This document shows, in pieces, positions 29,701-41,350 of a stretch of DNA of 64,000 nt. The position numbers and the translations under genes were made by a program. Every line of letters begins with the position of its first letter. Within the stretch, counting starts at the first letter, position 1. The stretch lies in assembly GCA_963762255.1 (NCBI GenBank), contig CAVXKA010000002.1, positions 416,001-480,000 of the forward strand, given 5' to 3'. This DNA is from Candidatus Eiseniibacteriota bacterium (lineage in GTDB: Bacteria; Eisenbacteria; RBG-16-71-46; JABDJR01). Below the pieces are notes generated by a model. It ran no database searches, was not told the origin of the DNA, and saw only the letters and a program-made list of their open reading frames with translations.

Positions 29701-32700
29701 TGCGGTAGAGCCGCCACCCGTTGGCGGGATTGGTGTAGCGCGACGGATAGTCGCGTCCGAGATCGATGAGGGCCGGATCGTCGAGGCCTATCCGATACTC
29801 GTTGTAGTTGTTGGTCTTCGACAGGGTGAAGTCCCCGTTCAGGTCCTCGGTATCCACCGCCGTGTTGGATTCGGTGCCGTTGATGCCCAGGTACTTCTCC
29901 AGGCGCTCGGTGATGTTGCGCTCGGGGTCATTGGTCTCGATCGTGCGCTTGCGGTCGTCACCGGCGGGATCCGAATTCTCGGTGCCCGGCTCCGTGAAGC
30001 GCTCCTTCTCGGGGTTCAGCAGCTCTTGCCCGTCCGGAATGCCGTCCAGCCCGAGATCCTCGGTGTATTCCAGCTGGGTACCCGAACGGTTCACATCTTC
30101 GGTGTCCAGCTTGTCGTTGGGGGGATCCGGCGGGGTGAGGGGATCCCACACCGCGTCCTCGCTCACCTGACCGATGTCCACAAGAAGCTCGCCGCGCCGG
30201 GGCCGCGACCCATCCTGGTAGTTCGCGTAGTCGTTGACCCACACGTCCAGATACTGCGCGGTCGACACGTCCACTCCGCCGGAGGACAGCACGGTGGTGA
30301 GCCCTGCCCAGGAACCCGACGGGCCCGGATTGTTCTGCGGGACGTAGATCATCTCCAGGACCGGCACGAGGTCGTTCTTCTCCGCCCGGGATTCCGCCCC
30401 CGGCGTGATGTCCTCGACGCGCACCGTGTTCGGAGAGAACCAGAGCAGCTTCCCACGGTCGGTGGCCTCGGGATTGATCTCCTCGCTCGACTCCTCCGTC
30501 CGACGGATGTACTTGACCGGCGCGCTGGAGTAGAACCAGTTGAATCGGTTCACCGGTGTGGAGGTGATGACTTCCGCCCCCTCCATGTCGTCGAGGTACA
30601 CCACGTTGCGGGTGTTCGGATCGGGGAAAGAAAGTCCGAGGGCGCCGTTCACTTCGAGCCGCGACGGCACCGCGGTGGAGACCAGCGGCATCTTATCCAC
30701 GATCTCGGTGAGGGCCCACGGCGTGAAGCGGACCTGTCCGGAGAGGTCGCCCACCGTGGTCTTGGTCGGCTCCTGGCCCAGCCTCGGACGACGATCGGGC
30801 AGTCCCCGGCTCTCGTGCAGCCACGAGGTGGAGAAGTTGTACCTGGAGTTCGGATCGCTGCGGGTAGCGATGCTTCCCCCACCAGACTCCGCGATCCCCG
30901 GCTGAACGGGGAGTCGTAGGAGTAGGTCACCACCAGATCCGCGCCCGGGGCGGTGGCGAGGGGGTTCTTGAGCGAGATCGTGCCGGTGTCGTAGAAGATC
31001 GTGTAGTCCGTTCCGCGCAACAGCACGTCGCCGTTCAAGCGCACCGTCTCCGATCCCTCGAGGATGTTGCCCATCGCGTTGAGCTGGATGGTGTTCACCG
31101 CGGTGCGGAACGTGGCCACGATCGTGTACAGATGGAACTTCGAGGCTTGAGTGCTCAGACGATCCACGCGAAGGTCGTAGATCTCGGGAACCGTCTCGTC
31201 CGTCGCGGAACGCATGGGAACACCCTGCGTCGTCTGCTGCTCGCAGGGCACGGGGCTGACCAGCCTCCACCCGAGCGTATCGGGGCGGCAGCCCGTCGCC
31301 CCGATCGGCCAGGAGCGGGCACGGACCCCGGGGGCTCCACTGATGTCCACAGCGCTCGGGTCGAATGGGCGCAGGTCGGGGAAGAAGAGGAGCCCCTGCT
31401 CGTAGTCGATGTAATCGCTATCGATGAGCCCGTCCGGTGTGAAATCGCTCCGGTCGTTGTTGTTGCGCTGGTCGAGCCCCAGGATCTGGATGAGCGGAGT
31501 CTTCGTGCCCCATTCGTTGGTGAGATCGGTGGGGTTGCTCCCGCCGATGTCCCGCTCGACGCGCAGCTCGAAGCTCGTGGGGTCGATGCTGCGAGCCCCC
31601 AGGCTGTAGACGTTCTTGAGTTCGAGCCGCCGCGCCGGCGCCCACACACTGACAGCGAGGCTGTCGGTCCCCCAGGTGAGTCCATCCGGGCGGATCATCT
31701 TGAGCTGAAGGACATCGGCGTCCCCGGGAGCGAAGGAACCCACCGTGTCCAACGACGCGCCTCCCGTGGGGACATAGGCGGTGGCGAGCACTTGGTTCGG
31801 GGATACGCCGTTCTTGAGCACCAGAAGCGGCTGGGTGAAGTTCTGGTTGTTGTAGACGACGTAATCGTCCTCGGGCTGGAGGAGGTGAAACTGTCCCTCG
31901 TAGGGCTCTTGCGGAGTGCGCCGGTTAGGATCGAGCCACACCTGGGCCGCGCGGGCGCCGAGGGTGCTGTTGTTGTTGAGATCTTTGTCGTCGAGATAGA
32001 CACGGATGTTGCGTGACTCCACGGTGGGGATGGCCGCCGAGTCCGGGTCGGAGATGAAGAAGTACTTGCCGCTCAGGAAACCCGTGTCGTCGATGCGCTG
32101 AACCTGCTCCTTGGCGCCCCCGACCAGAGTGGCCTGACCGTTCTCCCCCTCCTGGCGGCTGGCGATGGCGGTGATCCCCAACCCTCCCACCTGGGCCTCG
32201 GCCTTGATCCCGAACAGGCCCTCCTGCCGCGTGGAGAAGGAGACGAACTGGGAGCTGGGAAGAGCCAGGTTCGTGTTGCCCAACTCCACGCTCTTGACGA
32301 CGTCGTCCTCTTCCCCCTTGTAGCGGATCTTGATCGAGTTCTCGAGCGGGGTGAGGGCCTCGCTGTTCTGAGCGACATCGATGAAGAGCTTGCTGCCGAT
32401 CGTCCCCTGCAGGTTCACGTTGAGGCGCTGGCGCATGTCGAGCTTCGGAAACAGGGAACCGCCTCCGCGCTCGCCGGTGACCTGCCCCACGACCCACGAG
32501 GAGGTTCCGGAAAAGGTGATCGACTCGTTCCCCGTCACCCGGAGGTTGGGCGCGCCCTGCCCGAAGATCTTCTCGGTGAAGGGGAGCTGGAAAGGGAGAC
32601 TCAGGTTGACCAGGCCGCGTGGCTGGCCGGTGCTGGTCTCGGTGAGTACCTTGCGGTGTGCATCGATCCAGGCCTTGTGGAGCTGACGGTTGAAGACGAA

Positions 32701-33051
32701 GGCGACGTACTCCTCCCGGGTCATGGCCCGGGGCGGGAGAACCTCCTCGCTCCCCACCTGGTAGGACAGAAGGACCACCTGCCGATCGAGGTCGTAATCC
32801 ACGCGGGGCGCGAGGTCATAGCGGGGCTGCCCCACCCGATTACGGGGGGGAAGGGTGATGCCGAGGGTCCACCGCAGGCCCTGAAAGGGGTCGGCCGGGT
32901 CAAAGAGCGCCGCCGGCCCCCGATACTGCGGGGGCGCCCCTCCGGAGGGTGGATCTTGAGGGGCGGCGGCAACAGGGCGACCGAACGGCACCAGAGCGCC
33001 GATCAGAACCGTGCACAGTACGGCCGCCAGGGCCTTAGCCAGACGCTGCAT
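26783..33051 (-). CDS. sprA: Type IX secretion system translocon SprA-like (about 2090 aa), frameshifted near 30878
   Basis: ORFs 30649..33081 and 26783..31270 join at a G5 run. Motifs FPKLDMRQRLNVNLQGTIGSK, SVELGNTNL, GLFGIK, ELKNVYSLG, GSETVRLNG, YLDDMEG, TEDLNGD, GWRLYRIPL and WMDELR, with C-terminal Phe. GGAGG RBS before ATG 33051. Confidence 0.85.
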
Positions 33052-33080
33052 GGACCTCCGCCGTGGAACGAGACCGGACA

Positions 33081-33167
33081 ATCCTAGGCAAGATGGGGTG
33101 TTTGCGCCAAGGCGAAGATGCGAGCGGCGGCCCTTCTCTTGTGACCACCGTCCGCATGCCCTAGACT
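33081..33167. promoter_or_regulatory. Divergent sigma70-type promoters for sprA (-) and lptFG (+)
   Basis: Plus strand: TTGTGA (33139-33144), 17 nt, TAGACT (33162-33167). Minus strand: TTGGCG (33110-33105), 18 nt, TAGGAT (33086-33081). Confidence 0.45.
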
Positions 33168-33232
33168 GCCGGATCCGGTACCGGACCCGGGGAGCCTCCT
33201 TTCCCGAACACCTCTAACCCCATGAACACCCT

Positions 33233-34600
33233 TTGAGTTTCAAGAGCCCTCTCCCTCGTCTTGAGCTGTATGTCCTGCGGGAGTCGGTGCTCCCGTTCTT
33301 CCTGGGTTTCGGCCTAGTCACCTTCCTCTTCGTCATCGACTTCCTGTTCGACTACCTGGACCTGATCCTGGCCAAGGGAATCCCCTTCTTCGCGGTCCTG
33401 GAGCTGTTCGTCCTGGCGCTGGGCTGGATCACCGTTCTGTCCTTCCCCTGCGGCGTTCTGGTGGCGGCCCTGATGACGTTCGGCCGCCTCGCCCAGGACA
33501 ACGAGATCACCGCGATGCGGAGCCTGGGGGTCAACGTAGGGAGGGTTCTGCGAGGGCCCCTGCTGGCCGGCCTCGCCCTCGCCGCCCTCCTCACCGTCTA
33601 CAACAACTACGTGCTCCCCGAGACCAACCATCGCTTCGCGAACCTGAGCCTCGCCATCCACCGCAAGAGGCCGGCGGCCAAGATCGAGCCGGGAATCTTC
33701 ATCGACGCCTTCGAGAACTACAGCCTGCTCGTGCGCAAGGTGGACGATCGCACCGGCGACATGCAGGACGTCACGATCTACGACTACAATCAGGGGACCG
33801 TCCCCACCACGATTCTCGCCCAGCGGGGCAAGATGCAGTACATCGACCGCGGCGCCACCCTGAAGCTGGATCTGTGGGATGGGGAGATTCACGAAGTCCC
33901 GGGCCAGGCGGGGGACAATCGCTACCGCAGGGGGCGCTTCGAGCAGAACACGATCTACATGCACAACCCCGGCGCGCTGCTCCAGAAGGTGGACCGCAAG
34001 AGTCGGGGCGACCGGGAGATGACGGTAGGCATGATGAGGGCGGAGATCGCGCGCCTGCGGGAGCAGCAGTCCACTCGGCTCGAATCCGCCGACGAGAAGG
34101 CGCGCGCGGCGGGGTTCCCATCGTACCGGGCGATCGAGCACGCCCTGCGCCCGCCCACGGGGCTCGGGCGCGTCCGGTCGGCGGTGGCGGGATTGCTGGG
34201 AGCAGGTCCACCGGCTCTCGCCGACACCACCGGGCTCTCTCAAACCGTCCAGGCCCTGGAGTTGGATGTCACCGAGGTCGAGAATCTGGAGCGGCGCATG
34301 GGCAGCTATCGGGTCGAGATCCAGAAGAAGTTCTCGATCCCCTTCGCGTGCGTCGTGTTCGTTCTGGTGGGAGGGCCGCTCGGCATCCGGACCCGCAAAG
34401 GCGGTTTCGCCAACATGGCGATTGCCGTCGCCTTCTTCATCGTCTACTACCTCTTCCTCATCGCCGGGGAGCAACTCGCCGACCGCCGCCTCGTGTCCCC
34501 TGCCCTCGCCATGTGGTTTCCGAACATCCTGTTCGGCGCGGTCGGAACCTATCTCACCTTTTCCGTCGTCGGCTGGGGCCCCTCGCGGGGCATGCGCTGA
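33233..34600 (+). CDS. lptF: LPS export ABC transporter permease LptF
   Basis: YVLRE..PF, FGRLAQDNEITAMRSLG and EIQKKFSIPFAC. Carries a helical insertion in the periplasmic region. Confidence 0.88.
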   Translation: MSFKSPLPRLELYVLRESVLPFFLGFGLVTFLFVIDFLFDYLDLILAKGIPFFAVLELFVLALGWITVLSFPCGVLVAALMTFGRLAQDNEITAMRSLGVNVGRVLRGPLLAGLALAALLTVYNNYVLPETNHRFANLSLAIHRKRPAAKIEPGIFIDAFENYSLLVRKVDDRTGDMQDVTIYDYNQGTVPTTILAQRGKMQYIDRGATLKLDLWDGEIHEVPGQAGDNRYRRGRFEQNTIYMHNPGALLQKVDRKSRGDREMTVGMMRAEIARLREQQSTRLESADEKARAAGFPSYRAIEHALRPPTGLGRVRSAVAGLLGAGPPALADTTGLSQTVQALELDVTEVENLERRMGSYRVEIQKKFSIPFACVVFVLVGGPLGIRTRKGGFANMAIAVAFFIVYYLFLIAGEQLADRRLVSPALAMWFPNILFGAVGTYLTFSVVGWGPSRGMR

Positions 34601-35707
34601 ATGAACGTGAAACGACGCGCCCTCCCCCTGCTCGGGGTCGTCGATCGCCACGTCCTTCGCGAATTCCTGCGCTACTATCTCCTCGCGCTGGGCGGCTTCA
34701 CCGCGTTCGTCCTCCTCTTCGACGCCTTCGAGAAGATCGATACCTTCATCGACTACGACGCCACGTGGCTTCAGATCCTCTCGTACTACGCGTACTCGAT
34801 TCCCTACAAGGCGCTCCTGGTGGGTCCGGTGGCTCCGCTCCTGGCCACGTTCCTCTGTCTGGGTACCATGACCCGATTTCAGGAGGTGACGGTGCTGCGG
34901 GCGGCCGGGGTGTCGCTGTACCGCCTGTTCCTCCCTCTCTATCTCATGGGGCTTCTCATCTCGGCGGCGAGCTTCGTGGTCGGCGAATGGGTGATGCCCC
35001 CCGCCAACGTGCGCGTCCGCGAAATCCTCCAGCAGGAGATCAAGGGACGGGCCGACCGCAACCTGGGGAGCCGAACCAATCTCACGTATCTGGGCGAGGA
35101 GAATCGACTCTACGTCATCCGGCGATACGACGTGCCGCGACAGACCATGGTCGACCCCACCGTGCAGGAGTTCGAGGGCGAGCGAATGATCCGCCGACTG
35201 GATGCGCGTCTGGGACTCTTCAAGGACGGCGCCTGGGTGCTGGTGGACGGCGTCGAGCGCGCGTTCGACGACCAGGGTAAGGAGAGCGCGGTCCCCTTCG
35301 ACAGCCTGCGCGTCGCGTTTCCGGAGCGACCCGCCGACTTCGCCAAGGACGAGACCAAGCCCGAGGAGATGTCCTTCCCCCAGCTCGCCCGCTATGCGGC
35401 GCGCGTGCGACAGAGCGGCAGCAGCGTGGAGCGCTACCAGACCGAACTCTTCCTGCGGTTCTCGTTCCCCTTCGTCAACTTCGTGGTCATCCTCATCGGC
35501 TCGAGCCTCGCCGTTCAAGTCCGTCGCGGAGGGGTGGCGCTGGGTTTCGGGTTCTCGCTCGCCATCGCCTTCGCCTACTGGAGCCTCATCCGCGCCGGTC
35601 AGGTGCTCGGTAACAACGGCTCTCTGCCCCCTCTCGCCGCGGCTTGGCTCGGCAACACGGTCTTCATCGCGATCGGCGTGGTGATGCTCGTGCGCGCCCC
35701 GAAGTGA
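34601..35707 (+). CDS. lptG: LPS export ABC transporter permease LptG
   Basis: DRHVLREF, EVTVLRAAGVSLYR, RFSFPF and LPPLAAAWLGN. Confidence 0.88.
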   Translation: MNVKRRALPLLGVVDRHVLREFLRYYLLALGGFTAFVLLFDAFEKIDTFIDYDATWLQILSYYAYSIPYKALLVGPVAPLLATFLCLGTMTRFQEVTVLRAAGVSLYRLFLPLYLMGLLISAASFVVGEWVMPPANVRVREILQQEIKGRADRNLGSRTNLTYLGEENRLYVIRRYDVPRQTMVDPTVQEFEGERMIRRLDARLGLFKDGAWVLVDGVERAFDDQGKESAVPFDSLRVAFPERPADFAKDETKPEEMSFPQLARYAARVRQSGSSVERYQTELFLRFSFPFVNFVVILIGSSLAVQVRRGGVALGFGFSLAIAFAYWSLIRAGQVLGNNGSLPPLAAAWLGNTVFIAIGVVMLVRAPK

Positions 35708-36360
35708 ACCAAGCGGACGGCGCGCCGAGCGACGCCGAGTTCGATCCGTCGAGCCTTCGCCTCGTCGTGATCGTGGATCTGCCCGACGACGGCATCCCCC
35801 CCCTCGACCGTGTCCGCGCCGCTCTGTGCGGCGGTGCCACCCTCATCCAGGCGCGCGGGAAACGATGCTCGGCGCTCGATCTCCTCACGGCGTGCCGCCT
35901 GCTCCTGCCCGTCTGCCGCGAGGCCCGCGTGCCTTTGATCGTCAATGACCGCCCCGATATCGCAATGGCCGCCGGGGCGGACGGGGCTCACGTGGGGCCG
36001 GACGACCTTCCTCCCGAGGCCGCTCGCCGCATCCTTGGCGCTCGAGCATTGGGCGTCTCCGCGCGTTCGCCGGATCGCGTGCGCCTCGCGGAGGCCGCGC
36101 GGGCGAGCTACTTGGGCGTGGGCGCGCTGCGGGCCACGGGAAGCAAGGCCGAAGCGACGCCGATCGGCCCGGATGGGATCCGAGCCATAGTAGCGGCCAC
36201 GCGGCTCTCGGTGGTGGCGATCGGTGGTGTCCGCCCCGAGGACGTTCCGACCCTCAAGGCGATCGGGGTGCGCGGGGTCGCTGTGGTGAGCGGGGTGATG
36301 AGCGCCGAGGATCCGGAGCGCGCCGCGCGCGCCTACCGCGAGGCTTGGGACCTCGGCTGA
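35704..36360 (+). CDS. thiE: Thiamine-phosphate synthase
   Basis: Motifs IQAR.K, IVNDRPDIA, GAHVGPDD, VVAIGGV and GVAVVS. GTG 35704 overlaps the lptG stop. Confidence 0.88.
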   Translation: MNQADGAPSDAEFDPSSLRLVVIVDLPDDGIPPLDRVRAALCGGATLIQARGKRCSALDLLTACRLLLPVCREARVPLIVNDRPDIAMAAGADGAHVGPDDLPPEAARRILGARALGVSARSPDRVRLAEAARASYLGVGALRATGSKAEATPIGPDGIRAIVAATRLSVVAIGGVRPEDVPTLKAIGVRGVAVVSGVMSAEDPERAARAYREAWDLG

Positions 36361-37109
36361 GCGTCGCGATCCCCATCCCGCTCGATCCGCCCGTCACGCA
36401 GCACGGGGACGCAAGGGACGGCATCGAGCCGGGCGCAGAACTCGAGATCGTCCTCGAAACCCAGCGTGGCCAGGTACGCCCCGTGGCCGGACTCCCTCAG
36501 CAGGCCCGGAATGTCTCCGCCCCGGCTTTTCCAGAGCGCGTGCGCCATGCGCGCTCCGTCGTCGGGGACACACCCGGGAGCTGCATCGAGGAGCCGCTCG
36601 ACCAGGAGCCCTGCCATCGCCGCGTCCTCGAGCGAGGCCCGGCCTTCCTTCCCCGCGCAGATCACCACGATATCCCGCTCCGCGGCGAGGAGTCGTTCCA
36701 CCGCGCGGGTGGTGTTCACGAACGAAGCCATCACCTGCTCGGGGGCGGTTTGAGCGTGAATCATGGCCAGCGAGCCGTTCGTGCTGGCGAAGATGAGGGT
36801 CTTCCCCTTCACCGCCTTGGGCACGTATTCGAGCGGAGAGTTGCCGAGATGGAACCCCGGAATCTTCCGTCCTTCACGCTCCCCGCACAGGAGCGTGGTC
36901 TTCCTGTCCAGCGAAGCGAGCAGACCGGTGGCATGCTCGACCGACGCAGCGGGGATGACCCGCACCGCTCCTGCGGCGAAGGCCTGGGGAATTACCGAGG
37001 TCGCCCGCAGCACATCCACCACGGCAACCGTCGCCTCCCTCAGGAGCCCGTCCTGGGTCTCGCCGGGAGTGAAGGCTACGGAGAGGGTGCGTGCGCGATC
37101 CGCGGTCAT
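36333..37109 (-). CDS. comB: 2-phosphosulfolactate phosphatase family protein
   Basis: Motifs [26 protein letters not shown] and EDAAMAG. Confidence 0.9.
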   Translation of the reverse strand: MTADRARTLSVAFTPGETQDGLLREATVAVVDVLRATSVIPQAFAAGAVRVIPAASVEHATGLLASLDRKTTLLCGEREGRKIPGFHLGNSPLEYVPKAVKGKTLIFASTNGSLAMIHAQTAPEQVMASFVNTTRAVERLLAAERDIVVICAGKEGRASLEDAAMAGLLVERLLDAAPGCVPDDGARMAHALWKSRGGDIPGLLRESGHGAYLATLGFEDDLEFCARLDAVPCVPVLRDGRIERDGDRDAQPRSQASR

Positions 37110-38482
37110 GACTGGATGGCGAGCGCCGGATCGCTTCCGGCTTCTCCGGCCATGCGCTCCAGGAAGCCGGTGTTGACATCTCCGGCTTGAAACGCCGGGT
37201 GGTCGAGCACCCGGAGGTGGAAGGGCACGGTGGTCTTCAGACCGTCGACCACCAACTCGGTGAGGGCGCCACGCATGCGCGCGATGGCCCCGGGGCGGTC
37301 CTCCGCCCAGACGATGATCTTCCCGATCATCGAGTCGTACTGCGTGGGAATGCGATACCCCTGATAGAGGTGGCTGTCCACGCGCACGCCCGGCCCGCCC
37401 GGAAAATGCAGGAACTCCACCCGCCCGGGGCTCGGTCGGAAATTATGGTCGGGATCCTCGGCGTTGATCCGACATTCGATGGCATGTCCGCGCAGTCGCA
37501 CCTGGTCCTGCCTCACCGAGAGCGGCTCGCCGGCGGCGGCGCGGATCTGCTCGGCCACGAGATCCAATCCGGTCACCCACTCCGTGACCGGATGCTCGAC
37601 CTGCAGCCGTGTGTTCATCTCCATGAAGTAGAAGTCCCCGGTCTCGTCGAGGAGGAATTCCATGGTTCCCGCGCCGACGTAGTCGATGGCGCGGGCGCCG
37701 GCGAGCGCGGCCTCGCCGAACCGGGCCCGTAGCTCGGGAGTCACTGCGGGGGACGGCGATTCCTCGATCAGCTTCTGATGACGGCGCTGCACCGAGCAGT
37801 CGCGCTCGCCCAGGTGGATCAGGTTGCCGTGGCGGTCGCCGAGAATCTGGATCTCCACGTGGCGCGGCCGGGCCAGGTAGCGCTCGATGTAGACCGCGCC
37901 GTTGCCGAAGGCGGCCTGAGCTTCGTTGCGCGCCATCCGAAACTGGTCAGCGAACTCGGCCTCGGTGCGCGCCACCCGCATGCCCTTGCCGCCACCGCCC
38001 GCCACCGCCTTGACGATCACCGGGTACCCGATGCGGTTGGCCTCCTTCACCGCATCCTCGGCCGCGTCCACCGGCCCGTCGGTGCCCGGCACCACCGACA
38101 CGCCCGCCGCGCTCATCGCCTCGCGTGCGTTCGCCTTGTCGCCCATTGCGCGTATTTGCCGGCTGGTGGGACCGATGAAGGTGATGCGACAGGATTCGCA
38201 GACCTCGGCGAAGTCGGGGTTCTCGGAGAGGAAGCCGTAACCGGGGTGGATGGCGTCGGCGCCCGTCACCTCGGCGGCGCTGATGATGCGGGGGACGTTC
38301 AGGTAGCTCTCCGGGGAAGCCGAGGGTCCCACGCAGACGGCCTCATCCGCCAGACGCACGGGCAGCGAATCGGCGTCCGCCTCGCTGTAGACCGCGACGC
38401 TGCCGATGCCCATCTCGCGGCATGCGCGAATGACGCGTACCGCGATCTCCCCTCGGTTGGCTACCAGGACTTTCTTGAACAT
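37106..38482 (-). CDS. accC: Acetyl-CoA carboxylase biotin carboxylase
   Basis: [47 protein letters not shown] and YDSMIGK. Confidence 0.97.
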   Translation of the reverse strand: MFKKVLVANRGEIAVRVIRACREMGIGSVAVYSEADADSLPVRLADEAVCVGPSASPESYLNVPRIISAAEVTGADAIHPGYGFLSENPDFAEVCESCRITFIGPTSRQIRAMGDKANAREAMSAAGVSVVPGTDGPVDAAEDAVKEANRIGYPVIVKAVAGGGGKGMRVARTEAEFADQFRMARNEAQAAFGNGAVYIERYLARPRHVEIQILGDRHGNLIHLGERDCSVQRRHQKLIEESPSPAVTPELRARFGEAALAGARAIDYVGAGTMEFLLDETGDFYFMEMNTRLQVEHPVTEWVTGLDLVAEQIRAAAGEPLSVRQDQVRLRGHAIECRINAEDPDHNFRPSPGRVEFLHFPGGPGVRVDSHLYQGYRIPTQYDSMIGKIIVWAEDRPGAIARMRGALTELVVDGLKTTVPFHLRVLDHPAFQAGDVNTGFLERMAGEAGSDPALAIQS

Positions 38483-38517
38483 GGACTCCCGCTCGAGCGC
38501 CCCCCCGGAGCCCGGGT

Positions 38518-39633
38518 TCAGCCCGTCCGCTCGCGCTCGAACGCGTCCCAGGTGCTGTCCGAGGCGGAGTGAATGCCCCGGGCGCGCAGATCGAACTCCG
38601 CGGGGTTGGTGCAGAACTGGAACGCATCTTCGTAGGTGATCTTGTCCTCGCGATAGAGCCGCATGAGATCCTGGTCGAACGTCTGCATGCCGTACTGGTT
38701 CACACCTTCCTGGATCGCCTTGAAGATCATGGGCGTCTTCTTGGGATCGAGGATGTACTCCTTGATGGTGGCCGTGTTGATCATGACCTCCACCGCGGGG
38801 ACGCGGCCTTGCCCGGTCTTGGCCGGAATGAGCCTCATGGAGCAGACCGCGGTCAGGTTGGAAGCAAGCAGGAAGCGAACCTCTTCGTGCTCCTGAAGCG
38901 GGAAGAAGGAGATGATGCGGTTGATGGTCTGGGCGGCGTCCGGCGTGTGCAGGGTCGAGAGCACCAAGTGCCCGGTGTCCGCGGCCATGATCGCCACGTT
39001 CATGGTTTCGATGTCGCGGATCTCGCCGATGAGGATCACATCCGGATCCTGACGAAGGATGTACTTGAGCCCGTCGCCGAACGACGCGGTGTCGAGGCCC
39101 ACCTCGCGCTGGCTGATCATGCACTGGTTGTCCCGATGCAGGAACTCCACCGGGTCTTCCACCGTGATGACATTGCGCGGGATCGTGGTGTTGAGGTGAT
39201 CGATCATCGAGGCCAGGGTGGTGGACTTCCCGGTTCCCACCGTTCCGGTCACCAGGATGAGGCCTCGCGGGCGCCGCACGAGATCGGCCAGCACCTTGGG
39301 CAGGCTGAGTTCTTCCAGACTCGGCACGCCGAACGGCACCTGGCGGAACGCCATGGCCACCGTGCCCCGCTGCTTGTAGAAGTTGGACCGGAATCGGGAG
39401 AGACCCGGCACCGAGAACGCGAAATCGATCTCGTTCGCCTCCTCGAAGTGCTTGCGCTGAGCGGGGGTCAGGATCTGCTCGACGATGGCCTCGACGTCCT
39501 TGCCACTCGGCTCGGGCTCGTCCAAGGCGATGAGGCGTCCATCCACGCGGATCGTGGGGGGGGTGCCCGCCTTGATGTGCAGGTCGGACGCGCCGGCCTG
39601 GTTCATGCGTTCGAGGATATGGCGGATGTTCAT
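38518..39633 (-). CDS. pilT: PilT/PilU-family type IV pilus retraction ATPase
   Basis: ASDLHIKAG, Walker [40 protein letters not shown] and GMQTFDQ. Confidence 0.88.
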   Translation of the reverse strand: MNIRHILERMNQAGASDLHIKAGTPPTIRVDGRLIALDEPEPSGKDVEAIVEQILTPAQRKHFEEANEIDFAFSVPGLSRFRSNFYKQRGTVAMAFRQVPFGVPSLEELSLPKVLADLVRRPRGLILVTGTVGTGKSTTLASMIDHLNTTIPRNVITVEDPVEFLHRDNQCMISQREVGLDTASFGDGLKYILRQDPDVILIGEIRDIETMNVAIMAADTGHLVLSTLHTPDAAQTINRIISFFPLQEHEEVRFLLASNLTAVCSMRLIPAKTGQGRVPAVEVMINTATIKEYILDPKKTPMIFKAIQEGVNQYGMQTFDQDLMRLYREDKITYEDAFQFCTNPAEFDLRARGIHSASDSTWDAFERERTG

Positions 39634-39659
39634 GTGGCGGACCTCCGTTCCCCCCGGGG

Positions 39660-40139
39660 TCAGCTCTCCTGCACGTAGAAGAGCGTCTGCCCGAACTCCA
39701 CCGGCTTGGAGTTGTCGACCAGAACTCGAACGATCCGGCCCCGAACTTCGGACTGGATCTCGTTCATGAGCTTCATCGCCTCGATGATGCACACCGTCTG
39801 GCCGTTCTCCACCATGTCCCCGACGCCGACGTACGGCTCGGCGTCCGGGGCCGGCGCGCGGTAGAAGGTGCCCACCATGGGCGATTTGATCGGGGTCAGG
39901 CCCGCGGTGTCGTCCGCCGGGGCCGCGGCGGGAGGCGGAGCCGGCGCTACCGCAGGCTCAGTCACCGGCGCGGGACGGACTTCGGAAACGGCTCCCCCGG
40001 TCCCCACCTGATAAGCGGAACCGTTCTGGGCCGCCGCCTTCCGAATCCGGATGCGGCCCCACCATTTCCAAACCTCGAGCTCCCCGATGTCGCTTTCTTC
40101 CACCAGCCGGATGAGCCGGCGAACCTCTTCGATTCTCAT
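39660..40139 (-). CDS. accB: Biotin carboxyl carrier protein
   Basis: KSPMVGTFY and the biotinylation motif [11 protein letters not shown]. Confidence 0.97.
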   Translation of the reverse strand: MRIEEVRRLIRLVEESDIGELEVWKWWGRIRIRKAAAQNGSAYQVGTGGAVSEVRPAPVTEPAVAPAPPPAAAPADDTAGLTPIKSPMVGTFYRAPAPDAEPYVGVGDMVENGQTVCIIEAMKLMNEIQSEVRGRIVRVLVDNSKPVEFGQTLFYVQES

Positions 40140-40263
40140 CGTCCTCTCGCCCCGCTGGGGTGAATCCCTGACGCACCCGCAACGCCGGGAGGACTTCCCT
40201 GCTCGTTACGCGGCGGCGCCTCAGGCCGGGGAACTCGGCGCGCCCCCTCGAGGTTGGCGTTCA

Positions 40264-41350
40264 TCACCGCGTGATCCGCGCCAACGCATCCCTCAGGAGC
40301 GACTCCGGAATTCGGGGCCAGACGCTACCACCGCCTATCTGGAGTGTCAACACGAAGCGGGGACGCGAGTCCCGCACCTTCTTGTCCAACTTCAGTTTGC
40401 GAGCAGCTTCCCCCTTATCGGCGCCCGGCGCGGTGAGCTTGAGGCCGAGCCGGAGGAGGAGGTCGTTCTGGCGCTTGCGAACGGTGGGAAGACTCACCCC
40501 GAGCGTCTCCCCCACCCAGGCCGCGCCGTTCATACCCACTGCGACCGCCTCACCGTGGCGCAGGCTCCCCCGGGACGCCGCCTCGATGGCGTGGCCCAGG
40601 GTGTGACCGTAGTTGAGCACCGCACGCACATCCTGTTCCCGCTCGTCCCGACCCACGACCTCGCCCTTGGCTTCGACACAGGCGACCACGACCTCACCGA
40701 GAGCCGCTCCGTCCCGTGCCAGCAGCCGGCCGGCGTCCCGCTCCATCCGTTCGAACAGGTCGGGTCGCAGCGTCACGCCGATCTTGACCGCCTCGGCGAG
40801 GCCGGCGCGCAGGTCTCGAGGCGAAAGCGTCGCCAAGGTCGCGGGGTCGACAACCACCAGGTCCGGCTGGTGAAAAGACCCCACCAGATTCTTGGCTCCG
40901 GCGAAGTTGACCGCAGTCTTTCCACCCACCGAACTGTCGACCTGGGAGACCACCGTGGTCGGGACATGAACGAGGGGCATGCCGCGCAAGAAGGTCGAGG
41001 CGACGAACCCGGCGAGATCGCCCACCACACCGCCCCCGAAGGCAAGCACCGGCGTCCAACGGTCGGCACGAGCCTCTACCAGGCGCTCGTAGAGAAAACG
41101 CGCGCGGGTCAAGCTCTTGGATCGCTCCCCCCGAGGAACCTCTACCCAGATCAGGGGGACGACGCCTGCCGCGCGCAGAGAAGCGCGCAGAGTGCGGCCG
41201 TGATGGCGGGCCGCGCCCGTGTCCACGATGACCGCCACCTTGCTCGCGCTGCAGACGCTCGCGCACGAGTCGGCCGGTCTCGGCGAGGCAACCCTCTCCG
41301 ATCATCACCGGATAGCTGCGATCGCCGACTCGGACCCGGACGGTCTTCAC
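40264..41350 (-). CDS. aroB: 3-dehydroquinate synthase, frameshifted near 41250
   Basis: The N-terminus VKTVRVRVGDRSYPVMIGEG (GTG 41350) joins a frame with GGGVVGDLAGF, DSSVGGKTAVN, LNYGHTLGHAIE and HGEAVAVG. Confidence 0.93.
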
